Positions 27,712-35,606 of a stretch of 64,000 nt of DNA are shown here, piece by piece. Below the pieces are notes generated by a model. It saw only the letters and a list, made by a program, of their open reading frames with translations. It searched no databases and had not been told where the DNA came from. A program made the position numbers and the translations under genes. The stretch is from positions 64,001 through 128,000 of the IMG/VR virus record IMGVR_UViG_3300029288_000081. The stretch is one strand, 5' to 3'. This DNA is from a virus. Taxonomy: Duplodnaviria; Caudoviricetes. Within the stretch, counting starts at the first letter, position 1, and each line of letters starts with the position of its first letter.

Positions 27712-28109
27712 CGCTGAACCGCCCGAAGGATGGCCGGGTCGAGGGACCCGGAGCGGATGCCGACGTCGACCCAGCGACGCACCTCGTCCCAGTCGATCCT
27801 GAGCGGGCTGAGCTTGCCGCAGGCGCAGCCCATCGGGACGATGATGCCCTGCCGCGTCGGCTGCCACGGGGGCGGCTGCACGTTCGGGACCTGGCCGCAG
27901 AACATCATCGCGACCTCACCCCACGGGGAGATGGCCTTCCACTGCCGGCCGCAGTGCTTGCAGTTGCCGGTCATGATCATCCCGCGCCGGGTCGAGGCGT
28001 CCTGAACCATCAGGTCCTGCTCGTCGCCGAGCCCGGCCATCATGTCCTCGGCCGTCGCCTTGCTGTCCTGGCCATCGCTCCAGGCCTTGGTCTTGTCCAC
28101 GATGCTCAT
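27708..28109 (-). CDS. Cys-containing hypothetical protein
   Basis: CKHC...CAC; promoter TTGTCC-N17-TAGGCT-N6-ATG. Confidence 0.65.
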   Translation of the reverse strand: MSIVDKTKAWSDGQDSKATAEDMMAGLGDEQDLMVQDASTRRGMIMTGNCKHCGRQWKAISPWGEVAMMFCGQVPNVQPPPWQPTRQGIIVPMGCACGKLSPLRIDWDEVRRWVDVGIRSGSLDPAILRAVQR

Positions 28110-28118
28110 GGCCGGAGC

Positions 28119-31100
28119 CTACCCGCCCGAGCGCTGTCGGACAACACCAACGAGGTCCATGGTGTACTTCTGAGCGTCGGCCACGGTGTGAAAGCCCGCC
28201 TTCGCGGGGATGCCGGGGAATCCGCTGGTCGAGACGTAGAAGTTCCCGTCGCTGCCGGTGATGGCGATGGCGAACTCGGCGTCGTGTCGGTCGTCGACCG
28301 CTGTGCCGTCTCGGTGGAGACGCAGGTACCACTCGGTGCCGCTGCTCATGAACCAGACGTAGATCTTGTCGGTCGCGACCGCCTTGCCCTCCTTCAGGAG
28401 GTACGTCTTCGCTTCGCCCAGAGACTCGTCTCGCTGGCGGCGGCGATCGTAGTGGTCCATCCCACCCTGGTAGCGCATCACCTCTGCGCCGCGCTGGCCC
28501 GCGTAGCCCTTGCGCAGCACCCACTCCTTGCCGGAGCGCGTCCAGGTGAAGACGTGGATGCCTTCGGGGGTCGTCGCCGCCTGCCTCACACGAGGGTCCT
28601 GCGGGACGGTGGCAGGATCCCACGTCTGCGACAGGAGCCGTGCGTCATCGTCCGTGATGCCCTTGAACGCACCGGCCGCAAGAGCGGTGTCGTGAAGCTG
28701 CACGATGAGCTTCGGCTTCAAGATGAGCGACGGCCTCCACGGCGACGAACTCCTGTTGTATGCACCCAGCATGCTTTCTACGTCACGCTGAAGCAGTTCG
28801 CCGCGACGGCCCGCCTCGATCGCCACGTGCTTGAGGGTGTCGGGCTCGTTGTTGAGTTCCGCCTGGCCGGTGAGGCTTCTTCCCGTGTACCACTCCAGGA
28901 CCGCCGTGACGCGGCCGACGATGATGTCCCACGGCGTCGACTTGGTGGCCTCCTTTTCCTTCCTGATCTCCGCGAAGCGAGCGCGAGTCTCGGCACGGAT
29001 CGTCTTGAGCTGCGCCTGCACCAGCTCCAGCATCCCGCGGTGAGCCGCCTTCATGTTCCGCGTCAGCTGGTTCGCGAACCCGCTGTCGTGGTCCATGAAG
29101 CCCTGGAGGTGCGTGATCTCGTGGATCGCCGTCGAGCACAGCTCCTCGACACCATCGATCGTCGACAGGTCGATCCTGTCTCCCGAGTGCGTCCAGACGT
29201 GCTCGTGCGCCTCGTAGTCGTAGCGCCCCCTCTCGAACTTCAGAGGGTTGATCATCAACCAGTCGGTGTCTTCCCTGTTCGTGTACGCGCCCAGCACCGG
29301 CAGCTTGTTGATGCCGTCCAGCATCATGATGAAGCCGACGCCGAAGGGGCGGAACTCTCCCAGGACGTTGAGGCCGAACTTGCAGGCTTCGGTCCATGCA
29401 CGGAGCAGGACGATGTACTTCGCCTCCATCGTCTCCGGTTCGAGGCCGGCGGGCGGCTTCCAGAACGGCATCTGGTTCGCCATGAAGAGGTCCGGCTTCC
29501 ACATCGCGTAGCGGACGGCCGTGGCGATCTGCTCGGTTGTCGTCGCCTGCGTCGCGGAGTGCTTGATGAGGCGGCTCGCGGTCTCGCGCGAGGACTGCAT
29601 GCGCTGGGCAGTCTCTTCTTCCGGGGTCACCGGAGGCGGCGCCGCAGCCGCATCCTCTTCCATCGCCTTCGCGGCCTCCTCGGCAGCCTCCTCCGCGTCG
29701 GCGACCGTCGGCGTCTTCTTCTGCGCCTGACGCTTCGCGAGCTGGTCGGCGATCTTGGCCACCGCCTTCGCGGCCACCTCAGCCGCCCGGCCCTCACGCA
29801 CTTCGATCGCGCCGCTTCCGCGGTAGATCTTCTCCGCCTTCCACTTCTTCGATCGAAGGAGTGCCTCGGGCTCGACCGCGAGACGCTCCTTCAGCTTCTC
29901 GACGAAGCTGCGCGCGGGTCCGATGAGCGAGTTGCGGCTCGCGTCGAACACATACTTGGCCGGCGCGTTGACGTCCACGTACACGACGCCGGGGATGTCG
30001 TTCGACCACTCCTCGAACATATAGACGCCACGAGCGCGCACGTAGAGGCCCTTGTTCGCCCGAGCGTTCCGGTGGTGGTGAGCGACGATCTCGCCGACCG
30101 TGTTGCCGTTCTCGTCAGCGATCCCCACCTTCGACACTTCCTCGCCGCCGATGAGATCGGCAGCGACCGTCTTGCCGTTCACGCGAACGCGAACGTTCGG
30201 CAGGTACGAGCGACCCAGGAGCTGCTGTGCGTACGTCTCAGCAGTCGTCTGCGTCAGAGGCATCCACACCGTCACGCGCGTACCCTGGATCGGACTAGCG
30301 CTCTGGTGGATGCCCGGCGGCTCCATCACGCTCTCGTGCTGTCCGAAGGCTACGAGGTCTCGCGTCTCGACCTTCCAGCCGAGCCACGGGAAGAGGATCA
30401 GGTTCTTCGCGTCTCCGAAGCCGCCTACCGCGTCATGCCCCTTCACGGACCCGCCACGCGTGAGCAAGGCTCGACGGAGAATGTCTGCGTCCATGCCGAC
30501 GCCGTTGTCGTAGGCGGTGACGACCATCGCCTCTGCCTCGGCACCGGTCTCGATGTCCTTGTACGTCCCGGCAGCGATGTTCCAGTCCATCTGCGTCGCC
30601 TGCGCGTCACGAGAGTTCTGGGCGACCTCTCGCCACCACGCGAGTTCCCAGTTGCGGTAGCGCTGGAGGAGCTTGCTCCAGAAGTCCGGCGAGACCCCCA
30701 TCGCGACCAGCGCGTTGCGGCTGAGAGGCGGATGCTTCGCGTCCCCGATGATGTCGCCCGACGGGACAGCCGAGGGGAACCTGTGACGCACCGGCTCTCT
30801 CAGGACCTGGAAGAAGAAGATGCTGCCCTCGACGAACGGCATGTCCATGCCGCCCTCGAAGAGCGGGTGCCACCCGTCGAGCGCCTTGGCGACCGCGTAC
30901 GCCGGGAAGGCGCTCCCGGTCTGGTAGAACCCCGGCGAGCTGAGGAACGCGTCCACGTCGTCGATCGCCTCGATGACGATCGGACTCTCCCTCGTCCCCG
31001 TCCCGCTCGTCTTCTCGAACGTGCGACCGCTCGGGCCCACGTCGAAGTTCCGGGTCATCGAGCGACGGCTCGACCGCCGCTTGCTCGACCGGCGGGTCAC
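28119..31100 (-). CDS. GHKL (Hsp90/MutL-like) ATPase fused to a zincin-like HExxH domain, with Arg-rich N-terminal tail
   Basis: REVAQNSRDA, YDNGVGM, GGSVK..VGGFG, GTRV; AIHEITH..DHD..F; starts MTRRSSKRRSSRRSMTRN. Confidence 0.8.
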   Translation of the reverse strand: MTRRSSKRRSSRRSMTRNFDVGPSGRTFEKTSGTGTRESPIVIEAIDDVDAFLSSPGFYQTGSAFPAYAVAKALDGWHPLFEGGMDMPFVEGSIFFFQVLREPVRHRFPSAVPSGDIIGDAKHPPLSRNALVAMGVSPDFWSKLLQRYRNWELAWWREVAQNSRDAQATQMDWNIAAGTYKDIETGAEAEAMVVTAYDNGVGMDADILRRALLTRGGSVKGHDAVGGFGDAKNLILFPWLGWKVETRDLVAFGQHESVMEPPGIHQSASPIQGTRVTVWMPLTQTTAETYAQQLLGRSYLPNVRVRVNGKTVAADLIGGEEVSKVGIADENGNTVGEIVAHHHRNARANKGLYVRARGVYMFEEWSNDIPGVVYVDVNAPAKYVFDASRNSLIGPARSFVEKLKERLAVEPEALLRSKKWKAEKIYRGSGAIEVREGRAAEVAAKAVAKIADQLAKRQAQKKTPTVADAEEAAEEAAKAMEEDAAAAPPPVTPEEETAQRMQSSRETASRLIKHSATQATTTEQIATAVRYAMWKPDLFMANQMPFWKPPAGLEPETMEAKYIVLLRAWTEACKFGLNVLGEFRPFGVGFIMMLDGINKLPVLGAYTNREDTDWLMINPLKFERGRYDYEAHEHVWTHSGDRIDLSTIDGVEELCSTAIHEITHLQGFMDHDSGFANQLTRNMKAAHRGMLELVQAQLKTIRAETRARFAEIRKEKEATKSTPWDIIVGRVTAVLEWYTGRSLTGQAELNNEPDTLKHVAIEAGRRGELLQRDVESMLGAYNRSSSPWRPSLILKPKLIVQLHDTALAAGAFKGITDDDARLLSQTWDPATVPQDPRVRQAATTPEGIHVFTWTRSGKEWVLRKGYAGQRGAEVMRYQGGMDHYDRRRQRDESLGEAKTYLLKEGKAVATDKIYVWFMSSGTEWYLRLHRDGTAVDDRHDAEFAIAITGSDGNFYVSTSGFPGIPAKAGFHTVADAQKYTMDLVGVVRQRSGG

Positions 31101-31999
31101 CTCTGCCCCCAGGACCGAAGCCGGCTCTTGCGCGGTCCGCTGCGGCGCCGGTTCGGCTGCATGCGGCTGCGGATGATGAAGGCGGCGATGGTCCCGGTGA
31201 GCGCGATGCCGCCGGTGATGAGGAGGTACTTCTCGGTCTTCGTGATTCCGTACTTCACGTCACGCTCGGGCTCGGGCGGCTCGTAGGTGCCCTCCTGCCC
31301 GAGCGCATCGATCTCGTCGCCGTCCAGGCCCATGACCGCCAGGGTGCCGGCCATCGACGGTGACAGCGTGTGCCGAGCCATCGGTGTGCCCGGGTTGATA
31401 CGAGCTGCTCCGCGCGAGGAGAAGAACAGCCCCTGCTCATTGAACCATGGCGTGGGGTCCTGGTTGTACAGTGCTTCCGCAGGCGAACGCGGGTACGGCC
31501 CGGGGAAAGGGCTCGTGCCGTCGGGACGCGCCGTACGAATTTCGAGGTGCAAGTGCCGGTTCATCGGTCGCGGATTGCGGCCACCGGCGCGTGCTCGCGC
31601 TGCGAACGTCTCGACCGACTCGCCCGGCAGGGGCGAGAACTGTCCGTTGGTCGTGTTGCCCATGACGCCGATGCGCTGGCCGCCGACCACGGGCTGCCCC
31701 GGTGTCACGGTGACGGAGCCGTCCTTGAGGTGCGCGTAGAGGGCGTACTTGCCGCCGTCGTGACGGATCACGACCGCGTTGCCGTACCCGTTCATCGGAC
31801 TGCCAGGCACGTTCTGGGAGACGAGGGTGACCGTCCCGCCCTTCACGGCGTAGATGGGCTCGTCCTCCCTCGACCGGCGGGTGGAACCGATGTCTAGACC
31901 CGCGTGCATATGGGGGGCGCCCGACGCACGGGAGGGTCGGACCCCGTACGTCGAGACGAGCCTGGAGGTCGAGAGGGCAACGGGCGGTGAGGATGCCAT
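31097..31999 (-). CDS. M23 family peptidoglycan peptidase with C-terminal TM anchor and basic tail
   Basis: HAGLDI, GYGNAVVIRH, YAHL, IGVMGNT, HLHLEIR; TM + MQPNRRRSGPRKSRLR. Confidence 0.9.
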   Translation of the reverse strand: MASSPPVALSTSRLVSTYGVRPSRASGAPHMHAGLDIGSTRRSREDEPIYAVKGGTVTLVSQNVPGSPMNGYGNAVVIRHDGGKYALYAHLKDGSVTVTPGQPVVGGQRIGVMGNTTNGQFSPLPGESVETFAARARAGGRNPRPMNRHLHLEIRTARPDGTSPFPGPYPRSPAEALYNQDPTPWFNEQGLFFSSRGAARINPGTPMARHTLSPSMAGTLAVMGLDGDEIDALGQEGTYEPPEPERDVKYGITKTEKYLLITGGIALTGTIAAFIIRSRMQPNRRRSGPRKSRLRSWGQR

Positions 32000-32142
32000 G
32001 CGGCAGATCGTACCGTGGAGCGAGTGCGGTGGCCATGACGGTCAGGCCGCGTTCCGCCTCATGCGCGCGACGAACGCTTCGTAGGGTCGGTCGCCCTTGG
32101 ACCTCAGTCATCTCGCTGCGCCGCTTGGACATGGCAGCAGGC

Positions 32143-32835
32143 TCAGTCGCGATCGACCTCTACGCACTCCTGACCGCCAACACGCGCCGCACCCGGTCGA
32201 CAGTAGAACGTGTTGCGCGTGCCGTCGTCGGTCGTACCGCACTCCACCGGCACGAGGCCGATCCGACGAGCCCTGGCTTCGTCAAGAAATCCGCCCCAGT
32301 CGTGGACCTCGCTGTCGCACACACCCCACTCGTCCACATCATCGAGCGTCATCTCCGCGACGACCTCACGGGCCCTCGCGAGTACCGACATCCATCGCTC
32401 GCGGTAGGCGACCCACGGCGCATGGCGTTCCACACGGACGGTTCCGCCGACCCTGCGCGTCTGCGTCGTCGGCCAGGACGGTGGCGCGTCGCCCGCCGCG
32501 TTCATCTGACCGACCCACCGAAGACGCGGCACGTCGTGCGGCCGCGCTCCGAAGAGGCGCCTGGCGTACGCACGAGCGAAGGTCTCGTAGCGGAGACCCT
32601 GTCGCGCGGAGCCTCGCAGCATCACCTCGTGGATGGCCAGGCCATCCCCGCGATCGAAGCAGTCCCAACCAGCCTCCGAGACGCAGAGCCTCGCGAGCGC
32701 CAGCTCGGGCGTGAGGCGACGGGCCGGGACATCCTGCGCTCCTGCGGACGCGCATCCCCTCCATGCCAGCACCGAGACGGCGAGCGCGAAGAAGATGGCG
32801 ATCGCAACATTGTCGATCAAAGCGTGTCGATTCAT
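32143..32835 (-). CDS. exported/anchored SleB-like cell-wall hydrolase (candidate endolysin)
   Basis: N-terminal TM/signal; ELALARLCVSEAGW resembles the 14567-15322 catalytic helix. Confidence 0.5.
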   Translation of the reverse strand: MNRHALIDNVAIAIFFALAVSVLAWRGCASAGAQDVPARRLTPELALARLCVSEAGWDCFDRGDGLAIHEVMLRGSARQGLRYETFARAYARRLFGARPHDVPRLRWVGQMNAAGDAPPSWPTTQTRRVGGTVRVERHAPWVAYRERWMSVLARAREVVAEMTLDDVDEWGVCDSEVHDWGGFLDEARARRIGLVPVECGTTDDGTRNTFYCRPGAARVGGQECVEVDRD

Positions 32836-32958
32836 GGCCGCGAGAATAGCCATACTTTCGACTGACGCAAGCAAACGGGGTCGTGCTAGGGTGGGATCCT
32901 TCTAGCCGCGGGCCAGCGGGATCATCCCCCCCCCCTTGCCGCTGGTCCGCGGCCCCTA

Positions 32959-33447
32959 CTACTTCCCGCTCGCCTTGGTGGCGTCGTACGCGCCCTCTTC
33001 GAGGTGGTTGCCGCGGTAGGAGTTCTCGCCGCGGAGCCACGCAGCGAGCATGGCGCCGAGGTAGGCGAACCAGCCGGCGCTGATCCAGCACATGAAGAAG
33101 ATGGGCACGCCCCACCCGGTGTGAGCGATCGACGCGGCGATGATGCCGACCATGAGCCCTGCGAGCGCTGAGGCTTCCTGCTGCTCGGTGTGATGCAGCT
33201 CGTGGCGGATGGTCGTCTCGTTGTCGCCGTTCGGCGCGAGCATGATCGCGTAGCCGCCCATGTTCGTTCCGCCCCAGCCCTTGTACCAGCTCCGCATCGG
33301 CCAGCTCGTGGACCGCAGCCGCGTGAAGAGCACCCCGTCGCGCCACCAGAGCTTGTCGCCCCACATCGCGCGGACGCAGAGGATGACCAGCACGCCCAGG
33401 AAGAGCGGCCAGCAGAGGATCTGACGGATGATGGTCTTGGCGTTCAT
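32959..33447 (-). CDS. membrane protein with HExxH zinc-peptidase-like motif
   Basis: RHELHHTEQQ...N.LEEGAY with flanking TM helices. Confidence 0.6.
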   Translation of the reverse strand: MNAKTIIRQILCWPLFLGVLVILCVRAMWGDKLWWRDGVLFTRLRSTSWPMRSWYKGWGGTNMGGYAIMLAPNGDNETTIRHELHHTEQQEASALAGLMVGIIAASIAHTGWGVPIFFMCWISAGWFAYLGAMLAAWLRGENSYRGNHLEEGAYDATKASGK

Positions 33448-33478
33448 GCCGGCGTCTTAGCACGCCAGCGGGGGCGGT

Positions 33479-33738
33479 TCAGGGGTCGAGCACGTCGTTG
33501 GCCTTGGAGAGGATCACGTCCTCTTCCTTCGCCTTCTTCGCGTCGATGCCCGCAGCCGTCAGCCGGTCTGCATCGACGCCCCAGGTGCCGCCCACGATCT
33601 CGACCGGCTCGTCGTCGGTGGTCGTTGTGATCGTCTCGACGTGCCGACCGCCCCCGATGCGCGTGCCTCGGGCTGGTCGATCTTGTTGAGCAGCGTCGAG
33701 ACCAGGAGGATCCCCACACCGCCGCTCGCGCCGGCCAT
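33479..33738 (-). pseudogene. small gene with apparent 1-bp frameshift near 33666
   Basis: MAGASGGVGILLVSTLLNKIDQPE continues as GTRIGGGRHVET...NDVLDP* only if one G is added at CCCGAG^GCACG. Confidence 0.4.
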
Positions 33739-33763
33739 GAGGTGCGATCGTGGGCTCGCCAGG

Positions 33764-33994
33764 TCAGTTCAGCCTGCGGCTGACGCACTCGTAGCTCGTG
33801 ATCGACCCGGTCCAGTTCGGCGTCGTCATCGCTGGCGTTGGCGATGAGTCGATGGGTCCGATCCACGAGCACCATGCTCCGAGGCCCGTGCTCCACACGC
33901 GCTGCGCGTAAACCGGGGGCGTGCTGCCACCGCCCGCAGCGCGGGTCAGGGTGCGGACAGAAGGTGCGAGACGGGCGAGGGTGTAGGTCGGCAT
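33764..33994 (-). CDS. small structural-like protein
   Basis: RBS GAGG; follows the structural operon. Confidence 0.5.
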   Translation of the reverse strand: MPTYTLARLAPSVRTLTRAAGGGSTPPVYAQRVWSTGLGAWCSWIGPIDSSPTPAMTTPNWTGSITSYECVSRRLN

Positions 33995-34003
33995 AGCTGA
34001 TCC

Positions 34004-35017
34004 TCACGGGAGCGGGGTCGTCGCGGAGTCAGGCCAGGGCATGAGGACGCCGCCACCGACGTAGGCCCATCCCAGCGAGGCTGCATCCTCACCCCAGTTG
34101 CCCCAGGCCCGCGCAACGGTGCCAGAAGCAAGGCCGCCCGTAGTGAGCAGCCCCTTGATGAACCTGGTCCCGGCTGTCGTGCCCATGCCGCCAAGCATCT
34201 GCACGATCTGATCCTCGCCGCCAACCGCATCACCGCCTCCTGCCGCAGGAGTGTTGAGCCCAAAGGCAGCGGGTGCGATTGCCTGCATGTCCCCACCAAA
34301 GATACTGACCACCAACGGATTCCAGCCCCACCCCGCCCAGCAGTTACCGGCTCCTGCCGGGCCGGATCCGACGAAGACCATCACCGGGTCGGCGTCAGCG
34401 GCCGAGGATGAACCCACGTCCACACCACACACCGCGATGTACTTACTCAGCGTCGTACCCGACGACGTGATGAAGGCATAGCCCCACGACAGCGCCCCGC
34501 CCTCCGCCGGGGTGTCGTCACCCCAGAAGTGGTAGTAGCCCGTCGTGTTGTAAGGCACGAGGATGCCCGTCGAAAGTGAGGCGCGAGAGCCGCCCACGAG
34601 CGAGACTTCGCACGTCGCCGCCCCCGGCGGCGTAGTTGCATTCACGCCCGCGGACGTGAAGGCAGGCGTTGACCCCAGGCCGGGGTTGTAGATGCAGATG
34701 CCGTAGCCCGCCCAGCCTGTGGCGTTGTCGGTCTGCTGAAAGAGCACCTGCCGCGCATCGTTTTCCAGGACCACCCACGCCCGCCGGTTGCCAGCGTCAC
34801 CTGCGATGAGCGTCGTAGCGTTGTTCCGCACCGTCGCTCCGGTGAAGACGTTGTACGGCCCTGCGGTGACGCCCACGTACTGGTAGAGCGCGTCGCCGTC
34901 GCCGCTGCCCACCACCACCCAGCCGACGGCGACGAGGTGGTTGATCAGCGCGTAGAGCCACGGGCCAGCGTAGTCGCCAGACGTTTGCGCGTTGTTGACG
35001 TCGAAGATGCGAGCCAT
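34004..35017 (-). CDS. Gly/Ala/Thr-rich virion structural protein (putative)
   Basis: RBS GAGGAG; beta-rich composition; position in a spike-like operon. Confidence 0.6.
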   Translation of the reverse strand: MARIFDVNNAQTSGDYAGPWLYALINHLVAVGWVVVGSGDGDALYQYVGVTAGPYNVFTGATVRNNATTLIAGDAGNRRAWVVLENDARQVLFQQTDNATGWAGYGICIYNPGLGSTPAFTSAGVNATTPPGAATCEVSLVGGSRASLSTGILVPYNTTGYYHFWGDDTPAEGGALSWGYAFITSSGTTLSKYIAVCGVDVGSSSAADADPVMVFVGSGPAGAGNCWAGWGWNPLVVSIFGGDMQAIAPAAFGLNTPAAGGGDAVGGEDQIVQMLGGMGTTAGTRFIKGLLTTGGLASGTVARAWGNWGEDAASLGWAYVGGGVLMPWPDSATTPLP

Positions 35018-35024
35018 GGTCTCC

Positions 35025-35606
35025 TCAGAAGTTCAGCGTCACGCCGAGCACGAGCGCAGTGCCCGCCGCGTCGTCCGAGACGATCTCGAAGACGTACCAG
35101 TCGTCCGCGACGATGTTTACCGCTCCCGCGAGCGTCTGGTTGTTGAGCGCCCCGGCTGTGCTCCACGCGAGACCGGCGACAAGCGCACCGGTCGTCTGGC
35201 GACGGACCTGCAACGTCGCGGTGCCCGCCACGAGCGCCCCGATGAGCGCGTTGCTCGTCGCGAGCACCACGGCTCCGTTCGTCAGCCACACCGCTCCGAC
35301 AGAGACAGCGTCCTTGCCATTCGAGGCGATGGTGCTGCCCGAGGTCGCGATGCGGATCGGCGGCGTGCTCGCCGCGCCCGTGAGCGCCCAGACCGCGTCG
35401 TTGACGCCTGCGGTCCCAGCGCTCGTGCAGTGGCACGGGCCTGTGCCCGTGATGTAGGCCGTGTCGCCGACTTCGAGCACGCCGCTGGTCAGGTTGATCG
35501 CTACAGCGGTGCCCGACGCCTTGGGACAAGCGGCGAGGCTCGCGTAGTTGCCCCAGTCACGGGTGAACTGCGAGCGGGTCTGTGCTCCGGGGGTTGTGGT
35601 CGACAT
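35025..35606 (-). CDS. virion spike-like protein, short paralog of 2966-4243
   Basis: Shared WG.(W/Y)..A..P..G...GD.A(W/Y)...CT...AVWA and TATL..R..T.GALVA..DWY motifs. Confidence 0.6.
   Translation of the reverse strand: MSTTTPGAQTRSQFTRDWGNYASLAACPKASGTAVAINLTSGVLEVGDTAYITGTGPCHCTSAGTAGVNDAVWALTGAASTPPIRIATSGSTIASNGKDAVSVGAVWLTNGAVVLATSNALIGALVAGTATLQVRRQTTGALVAGLAWSTAGALNNQTLAGAVNIVADDWYVFEIVSDDAAGTALVLGVTLNF

Noticed and set aside
27954-31286. 1110-aa plus-strand ORF and similar long antisense ORFs (e.g. 10120-11676, 35582-37228, 40157-42262, 46138-47901)
   Set aside because: Shadow frames of real genes caused by high GC; Arg/Ala/His-rich with no motifs.
31437-32132. 231-aa ORF overlapping the M23 gene
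   Set aside because: Alternate frame of the M23 gene with no recognisable features; only its first ~45 codons are non-overlapping.
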